This document shows positions 1-14,762 of a DNA stretch of 64,000 bases, in pieces. The position numbers and the translations under genes were made by a program. Numbering within the stretch: position 1 is the stretch's first letter; each line of letters opens with the position of its first letter. Origin of the DNA: the human T2T-CHM13v2.0 reference genome, Homo sapiens; NCBI RefSeq assembly GCF_009914755.1, contig NC_060934.1. One strand, written 5' to 3'. The notes below the pieces were generated by a model that made no database searches, was not told the origin of the DNA, and saw only the letters and a list, made by a program, of their open reading frames with translations.

Positions 1-365
1 ATGCAGCCATAAAAAATGATGAGTTCATGTCCTTTGTAGGGACATGGATGAAGCTGGAAACCATCATTCTCAGCAAACTATCGCAAGGACAAAAAACCAA
101 ACACCACGTGTTCTCACTCATAGGTGGGAATTGAACAATGAGAACACTTGGACACAGGAAGGGGAACATCACACACCTGGGCCTGTCGTGGGGTAGCCGG
201 GAGCGGGGAGTGATAGCATTAGGAGGTATACCTAATGTAAATGACAAGTTAATGGGTGCAGCACACCAACATGGCACATGTATACATATGTAACAAACCT
301 GCACATTGTGCACATGTACTCTAAAACTTAAAGCAAATAAAAAAACAATAATAATAATTAAAAAA
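1..365 (+). mobile_element. L1PA (about PA4-7) 3' end with A-rich tail, truncated by the window start
   Basis: ORF2 C-terminus, L1PA 3'UTR (...gcagcacaccaacatggcacatgtatacatatgtaacaaacctgcac...) and (AAT)n/A tail. Confidence 0.92.
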
Positions 366-1815
<1,450 letters not shown>

Positions 1816-1865
1816 AAAAATAAATACTGAGGTCTACTTAGTCTTTTCAAATAAACAGGTTACTC

Positions 1866-2734
1866 TTTTTTTTTCTTTTATTATACCTTAAGTTCTGGGA
1901 TACATATGCAGAACGTGCAGGTTTGTTACATAGGTATACACATGCCATGGTGGTTTGCTGCATCCATCAACCCATCATCTACATTAGGTATTTCTCCTAA
2001 TGCTATCCCTCCCCTAGCCCCCACCTCCCAACAGGCCCCAGTATGTGATGTTCCCCTCCCTGTGTCCATGTGTTCTCATTGTTCAACTTCCACTTATGAG
2101 TGAGAATATGTGGCGCTTGGTTTTCTCTTCTTGTGTTAGTTTGCTGAAAATGATGGTTTCCAGCTTCATCCATGTCCCTGCAAAGGACATGAACTCATCC
2201 TTTTTTATGGCTGCATAGTATTCAATGGTGTATATGTGCCACATTTTCTTTATCCAGTCTATCATTGATGGGCATCTGGGTTGGTTCCAAGTCTTTGCTA
2301 TTGTGAATAGTGCTCCCATAAACATACGTGTGCATGTGTATTTATAGTAGAATGATTTATAATCCTTTGGATATATACCCAGTAACAAGATGGCTGGGTC
2401 AAATGGTATTTCTGGTTCTAGATCCTTGAGGAATTGCCACATTGCCTTCCACAATGGTTGAACTAATTTACACTCCCACCAACAGTGTAAAAGCATTCCT
2501 ATTTCTCCATGTCCTCTCCAGCATCTGTTGTTTCCTGACTTTTTAATGATCACCATTCTAACTGGTGTGAGATGGTATCTCATTGTGGTTTTGATTTGCA
2601 TTTCTCTAATGACCAGTGATGATGAGCTTTTTTTCATATGTTTGTTGGCCACATAAATGTCTTCTTTTGAGAAGTGTCTGTTCCTATCCTTCGTCCGCTT
2701 TTTGATGGAGTTGTTTGTTTTTTCTTGTAAATTT
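1866..2734 (-). mobile_element. 5'-truncated L1PA7/8-like element
   Basis: ORF2 C-terminal ORF at 2083-2652, 3'UTR and T-tract; degenerate TSD taaacaggttactctt / taaacagctattctt. Confidence 0.92.
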
Positions 2735-3513
2735 TAAACAGCTATTCTTATCTAAAAAAATAAAAATAAACACTTTTTGAAAAACAAAAAAGAATGTAAT
2801 GAGACACTTAACATGATGTTATCCTAGAAAAAAAAACCTTTAATATAATTTAATGAGATATTTTATTTGTGTTGGTGGGTTATACATGATCAAAGTGACA
2901 GATACAAGAAGGCTGAACATCAAATCCAGAAAGATCAGTTATTTTAAAATATAACTCTTTGACTTTGAAATGTACTGGTTTTTGATAAGGAGAATCCCAT
3001 TATTAAAAAAACAAGAGTGTATACAAATAATTTAGTTAAATAGAATTCTGCTTTATAAGATAGTTATTGCATAAGTTGATATTATATAAATTATTAATAT
3101 TTTAATTTAATATCACTTGAGTATTGCTAAGACCATAAAATCATTTTTATACCTGAGACGTTGATGTTTTATACCAAAGTACTTTTAAGAAATCAGTGAC
3201 TATTTTGAAAACATTGACATCAATCTTAAGGAAGACAAAATTAGCAATTATATTTACATGTAACAGAACTGTCTGGTATGTAAAAGGTAATGAGTTCCAT
3301 TTCTGTGACTCATCTACTTGTGGATCATGAAAAGTTTGAATCCAAGAACATCAAAAGCCCTCTAAAACTAGTATAATCACACTTTTTAAAAGAGATACAT
3401 TTCTTTCCAATCAAACAAGATTACTCAGGTCATTTTCATCCTTCTAATTTTATAGGTGAACTCAATAAATGTTTATAGATGGTTATTATCTATTTAGAAC
3501 ATGCCATAAAATG

Positions 3514-3546
3514 TGCACGTGCGCGCACACACACACACACACACAC
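3514..3546. repeat. (GC)n(CA)n microsatellite
   Basis: gtgcacgtgcgcgcacacacac... seen directly. Confidence 0.9.
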
Positions 3547-4509
3547 TGTGACTAGCATTACCCTTTAATGTGAATTTACTTAGAATACTTTCTATTAACT
3601 TCTTTAGCAATGTACTTGACTAAAGCAAAATATCTATTAGTTTCAGTTAGAATATAAAAAGTAGTTTCCCCATGATACTCTCTCTGTTTATAAGCAATAT
3701 GTCAGCAACCTTTGTGATTAGCAAGTTTTAAGTGACCAACTGTAATGTTCCATTGTTATAGAGCAAATAAGGGTTATAAACTAGCATTAATGTATTTGTT
3801 TTCACCAGCCATCTCCGAAATGAAGGTCATTTCCCTATTCCTACTCCTTATAATTGGATAGGAACAAAACCTTAAATGACTTGTGAGAACTCATTTAAAA
3901 CTGTCCCCAAAAAACTTGGTGATATGTATGAAAAAGTATAAAAATATTCATATCTTGGCCATTAACTTTTACATTTGTAACTAATTCTAGTGAAATAATA
4001 CAAATTGATGACAAAAATGTATATACAAAGATGTTCAGCAGAGCAATATTTATAATAGGAAAAAAATAGAAACACCCTAAATGTCCAAAAATGTGAGGCT
4101 ACTTTAAAAAAACTGTAGTGCAGCCATATCATATATAAGTAAATAGCAGCTTTATTAAACCATGCTTACAAATAAATAGGGAAATTATTAAAATATCATT
4201 TAAAATGGAAAAGTGGGATTAAACCCTGCATATATAGTACTAGCTCCACTTGTTAATATATATATATTCTTCATATATATATATATAATATATATACGTG
4301 TAAGGATATATATAAAGAAGATATATTCTTTAATATTACAAAGTACAAAGATGATAAAAATCTCCCACAACTTTATTGTACTGGAAGTAAACGCACCAAA
4401 ACATTAATGTTTATCTCTTGGTAAAATTATGAGTGTTTTTATTCTTTTTTTTAACTTTTTTTGACATTCCAATTTTTTTGTGAACTTCATTAGAAAAACA
4501 AATGAGGGT

Positions 4510-4648
4510 TTTTCTTTCTTTTTTTTTTTTTTTAAACAGGGTCTCACTATGTTGCCCAGGCTGGTCTTTAACTCCTGGACTTAAGCGATCCTCCTGCCTT
4601 GGCCTCCCAAAGTGCTGGGATTATACACATGAGCCACTGCACCCAGCC
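4510..4648 (-). mobile_element. FLAM_C-like free left Alu monomer
   Basis: Single ~130-bp Alu monomer with T-tract. Confidence 0.85.
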
Positions 4649-5329
4649 TTTTTTCTTTTTAACATGAAACTGTTTAGTGAGTGGCTAAGACGGACTTTAA
4701 TGAAGTCTCCACAGTCATCTAGTATAAATTTCACACCAGATATTAGTGCCGTTAAGACTGCCAAAGTTAACTATTAAGGTATCATCAGGGATGCACATGT
4801 TTTGAATTGTCTTTCGAGTAGCAGATATCAACTTGTACAACATGTACAAATTGATAAAAATATGTAAACTTGTAAAAATATATACAAAGTCTATTCTCAG
4901 AGCTACTCCCCTCCCCACATCCATCTCACAAAAAAGATAAGCAGAACATATTTAAATTATCTGAGGAAAGGTCGGCATAGTTTTTCACCCAAGTAACCCT
5001 TGGGTTCTTTGAGTCCCTAGGAAAAGGGACTTGAATCTTGTATTAGGAGGCAAGATGTAAGGCAGGCCTAAAGGGGAGTTCCCTCACAAATTGTGGGTTA
5101 ATGACAAAAATTTAAATCTATACCACTGCATAAGTTTCTTCAAGCCCTGCTCTAAGAAAATCCAATACATGAAATCTCGACTTACATAATAAAAAAAGTC
5201 AGAGAATCATTATGCATATCATCAAAGGATTATTCACCTTATGAAAGACTTCATCACAGAATTCCTTTAAATAGCTGCTTTTCTCATACATTTTAGTATT
5301 TTAAAGGTAGTTTCCCATTTGGCAAATGA

Positions 5330-5471
5330 GATGCCATGTGCCTGAGGCAAGTTAGTGAAATTCTCTAGGCCTCAGTTTCCTCATCTATGTAATAAAGATG
5401 GTTTTAACCATGTTACCTGCCTCATTCAGTTTTCACGATTATCAAAGAAGATAATTTATATAAAGGTACTC

Positions 5472-5475
<4 letters not shown>
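5330..5475 (+). mobile_element. MIR fragment, followed by (TA)n at ~5478-5507
   Basis: MIR core ggcctcagtttcctcatctatgtaat. Confidence 0.7.
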
Positions 5476-5511
<36 letters not shown>

Positions 5512-5744
5512 ACTGCTATTCTTGCTAAAAGAGAATGTGGGGGAAACTTTCAGAATACATACTTTTTCACATCTTAACAACACACATACCTACTTTTCAC
5601 ATCTTAACAACTCTTTAAAGGACAATTTTAGATGACATATTTATATATAAAAATCAAATCTTTTATTCTTCATTATTCATTTTTCCCACATATTTTTCAT
5701 TCTTCTGCAGTTACTATATATCATAATTTCCATGGTATTAATAC

Positions 5745-5843
5745 CTGGATTATGAGAGGCTCCAGTAGCTTCTCCACGGTGAATGTTTGGACCTGCAGAT
5801 CCTGAGGATCGATATTCAATGTGATTGGTGTTTCAGCTGACAT
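5745..5843 (-). CDS. CTNNA3: CTNNA3 (alpha-T-catenin) first coding exon, codons 1-33; the whole exon spans 5745-5848 including 5 nt of 5'UTR
   Basis: Translates to MSAETPITLNIDPQDLQVQTFTVEKLLEPLIIQ, the alpha-catenin N-terminus (T..VE+LLEPL..Q motif) in its alpha-T form. Acceptor ttttgtgtttgtgcacAG|GCAGCATG (AG at 5850-5849). Donor CAG|GTATTA (GT at 5744-5743), phase 0. Confidence 0.97.
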
Positions 5844-7069
5844 GCTGCCTGTGCACAAACACAAAAGGATGCTTATTAATAAAGAAAACTGTTTTCTAAA
5901 GAAGAACACTTATGAAATCATGGAATAGGTAAAACTTGTATTCAGCACCTCTTCCTGATATCAACCATAGCCCTCAGAGGACCAGGCTACAAAATCTACC
6001 TTCAGAGAAAGAAGATATTCCCCAACTGTTCCCTGAGGTCATGCTGCCTGGGCTTAGGTCCTGTAACAAATTAATCTACACAAGTATGTTCATGATTAAA
6101 TTAACAACTCATCCGGGGTGGGTTTGTATTTGATCAGTAGTCTTAAGTGATCAGAAAGGTAAGACACATCTTACAGCATTCAAGTCCTTTGGCTTCTGTG
6201 AAATCACAGCACTGAGGCAGCCTATGCCCATATTTTGCTTCTTCTTGTTAATGATGACTTAGACAAGGAACAAGTAAACCTTTGAAAGACATGGGAACAA
6301 GTAAAGATATGTCCTTACTTGATTTAGAGATTGTTTATTTGAGGGTTTTGATTGGAGAAGGTTAAAGGCAATTTACCTTCTTGGACAGGAAAAGAAACTA
6401 ATACAAATTGCACAGTTGTTGTAAAAAGAGAGAAGCCCCTGAGAAGGCATTGATATTTGGTCAAGACAAAATAAGAAGAAAAAAAAGAATTGCAAGCCAT
6501 TCTCTAAGGCATTAACGTTATCCTTAAAAATCAATTCAGTGAGATTTTTGCCTAACAATATACATTTATACCAAATGACCATATGTGGCATGTCATAGTC
6601 GGATTAACGTTCAAAAACTCTAGCCATATTTTCAAATAGCTATAATATATTATTTATTAATCTACTAAAAACTACAGTAAGTGTTAAGAATTTTAGATGA
6701 AACCCACTGGCATCGTTGATTGCAAAGAGAGAGCACACTTCCTGAAATGTAGCACATTTCTAGATAGTTCTCTTTCTCTTATTGAAAATAACCCAAATGG
6801 CCTGCCCAGGGCCCCATTTGCCCCTTCAAACCTGCCAAGTGTGTCCTTGTTCCTAGTCTGTGCTTAACTCTATCACAAGCCACTTACAGGGTGGCTACAA
6901 TTCCTTTACTTTTTGAAAGATTTTGCCTTGAAAAAATAATTATTCAAATTCTATTAAGTGAAAAGATATTACTTGAGTTTCTTCTCAAATCAAAGTTTCA
7001 AATTACTGTTATTGGCATATGATACATCAACATATAAAGTCAAAGCCCTACAATTTAGCCCTGTTTTAC

Positions 7070-7146
7070 CTTGTTTCTCTCTCCTTTGCGTTGATTTCAT
7101 TCTCCTTCTAAAAGTAGAAACATGGTCTCTTTTCTCAGCGATTCAG
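7070..7146 (-). CDS. CTNNA3: Candidate CTNNA3 cassette exon (77 bp); the ATG at 7100 adds MKSTQRREKQGS in frame ahead of MSAET
   Basis: Acceptor tctcttacattgcAG|CTG (AG at 7148-7147) and donor CAAG|GTAAAA (GT at 7069-7068). ATG to donor is 31 nt; adding the 5 nt of exon-2 UTR gives 36 nt, in frame and stop-free. Matches my recollection of a CTNNA3 isoform with a +12 residue offset. Confidence 0.6.
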
Positions 7147-8170
7147 CTGCAATGTAAGAGACACGCTTCAAGAAAGGCTCCAAACACTATTGCCAAATGG
7201 TTTCTCTCAAATGCATTTCTAGAACTGAAATGTTTTAGTTTGGTTTGGTTTTGATTTTGCTTTTTCAATCATTTCACCTACCACTTTGATTCCTTCTAAC
7301 ACAGGGAAATCTAAATTGACAGATAGCCTATTCCTGTGGTGACCTTTCTGCATAGCCCAGAGCCAATCTGTGCAATAGGATATGTCCTTCAGTGTATAGC
7401 CTTAGGGTTCTATCAAATAAGTGCTCACAAAAGAATTTATTTGTTACTCCTCTACGACAGGTACTATCCTACATAAAAATCAAGTCAAGATTTCTGCCAT
7501 TGCTTTGTTCTTTCATCTGAAGGACAAAAGTAGAGGAGACTGTTGTGAACTAAAATAAAATTTGGTGAACCTTCGCAGCCTTTAAAAACATGTCATTTTC
7601 ACCGTGAAATTCACGACTGGTTTCCAAAGCTACATGGCCACCAGAAATTGAAAGTAAGGAAGATAAAAAATTAAGGAGAGCAAAAATTATCCATATCATA
7701 TGTAAATCCTTCTAGAAGAATTTTTCAACCTAGAAGGAGCTTTCTAAAAGGAGTGCTTTTTAGCCAAGAGATAAAAGACAACCTAATTTAGCCAAAGTAT
7801 CTTTTAAGTCTGTGTTCATGTCTTTAACACAAATTAAGTAAAAGTTTTTCAAAAGTTCATTTTTCCATGGTAAAAATTACTTAAAAAAAATAAATCCTTA
7901 AAGAACTTGGCTTCATATAATTATTAATCTTTAAATAAATGCTATTTCTTATTTTTAAAAAGTCTTCCTGCTCTTTTGTATGTCCTGGTCAGTATTCCTG
8001 ACTGATTGGAAATTAGGGCTATCATAGGCAGAAAACTGCATAATTTTGCAAATGAAATTGAAGCAAAGTCAAAATCTGACAAATTTGTAGATATAGCAAT
8101 ACCACAACGCAAATCCAAAACAAAAATCCTACTAGGTTGTAAGTATTACATTCTGAGGCATTTGCATTTT

Positions 8171-8467
<297 letters not shown>

Positions 8468-10282
8468 GGCATTTGCATTTTGTAATCTATAAAATCTTAG
8501 GAGTTAGGCAGTACCTCCCAAACGATTCAAGAATACCTTCTACACAACCTTCATTTCACCAACACACTGGGCTTGGATGAATAGAAATGATGAGAAGCTT
8601 ACTATACCATTAGATGCTCGTTGAGTTGAAACCTGCCACTTTTAAACTTTTATCCAAAAGAGATGGCTTAATAAAGGGGAAAAAGTACGCTTTATAAATA
8701 AAGTAAGAAAAGTACAGATTTGGAGAGAGACTATAACAAAATTCCAGTTTTCAGAATTAAAGGAAGGAGAACAAATCTCTTGACAGTGGTGATAGATGTC
8801 TCCAGAGAAAGACACCAAGGCAGGGCAAACCCAACCATATGGATCCTTCCCTTCTCCCCAAACTATCTTTGTCTGCAATGACTCAATTTTCTTCATTCCA
8901 CTTTATTCCCTGCTGGAAACTGAACTTTTATCATTTTATATCAATTTTAAGTTCATTTGGTTTAACACACATTTCATTTCTAAATGCAGTTAATTCTGAG
9001 AGGTCATGGGGTGCACACATTCAGTCACACATTAGTATGAACTAGCTCATTGCTTGCCATTTGACACCCTGTGCACGTCTCTATTACAGCACGAACCACG
9101 TTGTGTTTTCATCGTGCCCTGGCAGCAAAGGAGAGGGATGATGGAAGATCAGAGAGATGCACAGAGAGGCCAGTGGAAAACTATTCATTTCCAAAATTTG
9201 CCTAAGGGTTGCCATTCCCTCACAAATATTAAACAGAAAACATTTGGCACCTACTTCTCCTCCCTACAGTAACACATAACCACCACCCCCTCCCCCACTG
9301 CCTCCCCACTCTTCACCACCCACTCTAGAGCTCAGGCTCCTCTTAGTAAAACTACAATTCTTTTACATAAGTTGTCATGTTCTTGTGGGATGGCTTGGAA
9401 ACCTAACCATCTGTAATGTGGTTCCTATAGAAAATTCCCTAATATCAAATATTTAATTTAAAAAAAAAAAGATTAACTTTTGTAACACAATTAGTTTGTA
9501 AGGTGATGGCTGATTCTCCTTTAAGCTTATTAAATTCCATGACACAGTCATCATACTTACCTAATTAGTCTAACTTTATACTCACTTTTCAACTAAAATG
9601 TTTAAGTCTTTTTTATTTCAAAGATTATTGCAAACTCAAGTCTCTCATCACATCTTTAAACAAATGATTTTTATTTACTCCTAAATGCAGAATTTTATTT
9701 TGTCTTCCTAACACCTTATCCTGTAGAATATGGACTTTTATTCCTGCTAGTCAAAAATTGGTTTGGGAGAACCCAACACATTAACACCCCCTCCCATTTC
9801 CCTGTTTATCCATTAATTTGTCCAGTATGAATTCTAGAATTCCCTATTAAGTCATTAAACAGGTGAAGGCCAGACATAAAACCTAATTTTGATACTGTTA
9901 CAAATCTCTTTCCAGATATGTAATGATCAATTAATAAACACTTTAGACATGATTTTCAATATTATTAAACACTGTTGTGTGAAATAATCTACCTTTTTCA
10001 TTTCGTCAAAAATATAGATATATCATGAAGAGGCTTTTCCCAATGTTTTAATGAAATAGAAACACCCTTTCTACACCTTCCTGTTTAAGAGCTCAAAAAA
10101 TATATATTTATAGTTTGGCATGACTTGTTCGTGAAGAATTCATGCTGACTGCTAGTAATTACTGCCCTTTATTTACAAATTAGGTTTTTAGTTTTCCTAC
10201 AGATTGGCACCTAGATGTCCAGTCTAATTAAAGAGATCATCTTTTTACCTATGTTGAAAATAAGAATATTTGCTCTTCTCTA

Positions 10283-10650
10283 TGTATTAGTTCATGGTGC
10301 TATAACAAATATATCATAGACTGGGTGGCTTAAACGACAAACATTTACTTCTCACAGTTCTGGAGGCTGGGAAGTCCTAGTTCAAGGTACTGGCCCATCT
10401 GGTGTCTGGTGAGGGCCAGCTTTCTGGTCTGCAGATGGCTGCCTTCTCTCTGTATCTTCGCATGGCAGATAGCAGAACACATCATGTCTCTTCTTATAAG
10501 GACACTAATCCTATTGATGAGGACTATACACTCATGGCCTAATTAGCTCCCAAAGGCTCCACCATTCTAATATCATCACCCTGGGAGTTAGGATTTCAAC
10601 ACATGGATTTGCAGTGGCAGGTGGGGAAGATACAAACATTCACTCCAGAG
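10283..10650 (-). mobile_element. MLT1-family MaLR solo LTR
   Basis: Signature tgtattagtt...agactgggtggcttaaac...ctcacagttctggaggctgggaagtcc. Confidence 0.85.
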
Positions 10651-11297
10651 CACTCTGCTTTCTGGCAGGTCTACCATTTCTCAGGGATTCCCAAGAAAGT
10701 TTCTGTTATCACATCTAAAGATCATTTTAGGGTTCAGGGATATACTCCTTTTGGATGTATGTACTTCAACTAATTTAAAGAGACTAGGCTATCTTCTTTA
10801 CTTTCATCATCTAGAGTTTCAATTATTGTTTAATTAATTAAACATTTTATTAGGTAATACAAGGTTTAATAATGTATATAGTGAAACCAAGTCTCTCTCT
10901 CTCTCATCCCTGTCTTCCTACCACCTAATTTCCCTCCCAGAGGCAACTACTTTGGGCACTTACTCTTATAGTTCCAGAGATATCATACATAATACCAGAA
11001 CATATGGATTTATATATTTAATACGAATTATAACATTTTTGTTTTTCTACTCAATTCAATTCCCTTAATCTTTGTTCCACCCTTGCCAATTTGACATCAT
11101 AGTTTAGATGTATCATAAGTCATCTATTAATCCCTTATCATGTGACTAATGTAGAGGATCTATTCCTTCCTGTTTTTGTTTTTCTTACCTTCAGCATGTC
11201 CTGCCAGACCTAGCAAATGAGAAGTGCTTTAGCCTTCCCAACTTTACTTTTCCTAGTTTCTGCCATTCTCTTTTATTTGCCTTCAGTCAGGTGTCCC

Positions 11298-11721
11298 TGT
11301 ATTAAGCTATTCTTGTATTGCTATAAGAAATACCTGAGATTGGGTAATTTATAAAGAAAAGATATTTAATTGGCTCATGGTTCTGCAGGCTATACAGAAA
11401 GCATGGTGCTGGCATCTGCTCAGCTTCTAGGGAGGCCTCAGGGAGCTTTTACTCATGGCAGAAGGCAAGGTGGGGAGCAAGCATCTCACATGGTGAGAAC
11501 AGGAGCAAGAGAGAAAGAGAGAGAGGTGCCACACACTTTTAAACAGCCAGATCTCTCAAGAACTCACTCACTATCATGAGGACAACACCAAGAGGCTGGT
11601 GCTAAGCCATCATGAGAAATCCGCCCCCAAAGTCCAATCACTCCACACCAGACCCCACCTCCAACACTGGGAATCACAATTCTACATGAAACTTGGGTGG
11701 GGACAAATATCCAAACTACAT
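11298..11721 (-). mobile_element. MST-family MaLR solo LTR
   Basis: tgtatta...gctataagaaatacctgagattgggtaatttataaagaaaaga...ggctcatggttctgcaggct. Confidence 0.88.
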
Positions 11722-12821
11722 ATGTCCCTCTTCTCATCTTTAATTCATATTCTTTCAAATTTGTACCCCTACACAGATACATTGGAGTTTGGGGTTGTTT
11801 ATGTTGTTGTTCAACAACTATTTATGGAGGACTTAAACACATCAGCCACAATCTTAGGTTCCAGTGAAAGAAAATGTAGTAAAGCCCAGGCCCTACCAAC
11901 TATGCATCTTCTTTCTTCATGTTTAATTTATCACATTCCTTTTATGTCATATATAGTCCCTTGGAATCATATTTCGTGTTAATCTGAAATTGTTGAAATT
12001 TACTTCTCTTAAAGTCTAGGAGGCATGTCTAACATTATCTTATTTGGGATTATCACCCAAATAAATGGCCACTTTCTCTATAACCCTGGGCAAAAGCTTC
12101 CCCACCCCCTATCCTCATGCTTTGGAAGTGTCCATGGGGCCAAGATGATGCACCCACCCAGAGCCCACATCTATTCTATCCTATCCTACCCAGGGTAGCC
12201 AGTGTCTCAACTCCCTGCTCAACGAGTGCAAACCCACTTCCAGTGCCTATGTTGGCCTCTTCGTGGAATCCATCCTTCCAAGACTGAACCATTCAATGTG
12301 CCCAACCCTATACCTGAGAGGTAGCCAAAAGGCAGCTGTTTGCCAATGAGTGCAGATTGAGTTTGGGTGTACAGGCTGGGCTGTCAACTTGCAGGCACTC
12401 AAGGCCCCTCAAGTGCAAGACAGCCAGAAGTGGGAAGAGAAGAGAACAGGCCATGTGTCAGGGACACAGAGGTGAGCTCCACCTCCACCACCTCTTTCTA
12501 AAAGGAACCCAAGGATTCTAAAACCAATCTTGCCTTCTGGGTTATTTGAAGGTATATTTCTCAAAGTAGAAAGATTGGCGAGTAGAGCCTACTTTAGCAG
12601 CCTATTACATAGAATTGTAACTTATACACATAGGCATATGGTGTGCAGGCCTCCGTCTGTACCCTCACACTTCCCAATACAAACGTTAAAGATAGGCCTG
12701 CCCAGACTTTCTAGCACTCCATATCACCAAGTGGTCAGATTTGCTTCTTTCATTGTTTCCTCAATATGCCAAGATATATAATTGCCAAAGAGTTAAGGTG
12801 AAAAGTCATGTTATTCCACTT

Positions 12822-12981
12822 TTTTTTTTTTTTGGAGGCAGGGTCACTCTGTTGCCCAAGCTGGAGTGCCAGTGGCGTGATCACAGCTCACCACTGCAAC
12901 CTCCACCTCCCAGGCCCAAGCAATCCTCCCACTCAGCCTCTCAAGTAGCTGGGACCACAGGCGCGCACCACCACACCTGGC
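12822..12981 (-). mobile_element. FRAM/AluJ right monomer
   Basis: Single right monomer with 13-bp TSD tgttattccactt (12809-12821 and 12982-12994). Confidence 0.88.
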
Positions 12982-13832
12982 TGTTATTCCACTTCTAAGA
13001 GAAGGTTTCTTAAAATTTTTAGAATGTGTCATCTGTTACTGTAATAGTTTTTTAAATCTGGACCAGTAAAGTTACTGAAGTATTAAGCTGTGTGACAATA
13101 TCTCTTCTCTTACTTCTCTTTCCTCCATCCAAATGCTCTCTGTTATTATTCTTTCCTTAAGCTTCTGATTTCCATGCAAGAGTGTGCATTCACTATATGT
13201 GTATTTCTCTACCTCTTTTATTAAAATTATTTTGTGAACATTCAAAATTCCATTCATGAGTAAATAATTAAAGGTTAAATAGTCGAAAACACAGAAATAA
13301 AAAACATTCATGATTTATTAGTATATCTGTGATTATATTTAATTTGTGTTCTCCCAGGTAACTATTCTTATTTATTATCGACCTTCTCCCATGTTTTCTC
13401 CTGATAAGTACTATACATCATCTCTATTAACATGGTTCTTTCTATGCCCTGATTATTGTCATAACACTAACACATACACACAGGTGTGCACATTCATATA
13501 TGTTTGATGGTTTTATCTGGAAATAAGTGTCTCTTCCTCAAGTTTAAACTATTCTGATCATGTCAACAAGTCTTCCACCAAAAGTATCTTTGGGCTTCAT
13601 GGATTCACAGTGGATCTCATTTAGTGAAACTCTATTTAGTTAAATATAAAAGAGAAATATTTGTATTAATAGTAGGTGCCAATCCCCACCATCATCACAA
13701 ATGTTAACCTTTGCCTAATACCTGTCTCCCAAAATATCAGAAGAAAGGATCAGCAACTAGTGAAAGACTGTCAAGTACTGAAATAATGTTATAAAAGAGT
13801 ATTTTAAAAATTTTCATTAAGAATTTATCTTG

Positions 13833-14131
13833 AGGTCGCGTGCGGTGGCTCATGCCTGTAATCCCAGCACTTTGGGAGGCAGAGGCCAGCCTTCCACTAC
13901 AATCTCCTGAGGTCAGGAGTTCAGGACCAGCCTGGCCAACATGGTGAAACCCCATCTCTACTAAAAATACAAAAATTAGACAGGCATGGTGGCATGTGCC
14001 TGTAATCCCAGCTACTCAGGAGGCTGAGACAGGAGAATTGCTGGAACCTAGGAGGCAGAGGCTGCAGTGAGCCAAGATTAGAAGATCGTGAAACAGAGCG
14101 AGACTCCGTCTCAAAAAAAAAAAAAAAAAAA
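13833..14131 (+). mobile_element. AluS carrying two internal complex indels
   Basis: Dimeric Alu with TSD aatttatcttg; non-Alu sequence at ~13888-13905 and ~14079-14093. Confidence 0.93.
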
Positions 14132-14762
14132 ATTTATCTTGAATGCATAACTGAACTTTATAAGCCTCGCTCTCCCCCATCACCATGCCTCAGAAAAATT
14201 AGTATAATATAGTCAGGAATAATGTGAAGGATTGAAACCAGATGTTAACTGAAAAAAAAAATCTAAATCATCACAAGAAGATTTAAGTAAAGGAAAAGGA
14301 GGCAAGGGAAGTTTGCCATACAATATTATCATAGCTGATTTTATACAATTGAGTCTTGGCTAGAGTGAAATAAAATGGAAAGAAGACAACTGTAATATAA
14401 AACTTCCACTACAATTTCTATACACACTGGTTTTCCAAGCCCCACCTCCATGTTTCCAGTGCAATAATTTGCTGGTATGTTTGGCCTACCAAGAAAGAAA
14501 TACATACACCTTCTACTCTCTTGGTAAACAAAAGGATCTGAGGTTTGTCAGATCAATAAAATCAAGAAACTGCCTGATATCGTAAGTGATGAAGGAATAG
14601 TTGGGTCTCATTCTTTTCAAATGCTCTTCCTGGACTTTACAAATATTTTTGATGTGTTTACATAGAGGGCAATAATCTATATAAACTCTCCCACCTAGCT
14701 TTTTGGTAGGCTATAAGAGCAAAATGATGTGAGATCAGACGTATCCCTAGACTATAGGGCAT

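Noticed and set aside
5561-5611. 20-bp direct repeat (ttttcacatcttaacaac twice), and a similar AT-rich local duplication at ~39890-39990
   Set aside because: Ordinary slippage duplications with no sign of function.
5721-5909. 62-aa ORF MFFFRKQ...PWKL as a stand-alone gene
   Set aside because: It is CTNNA3 exon 2 read through its flanking introns; only 5745-5843 is coding.
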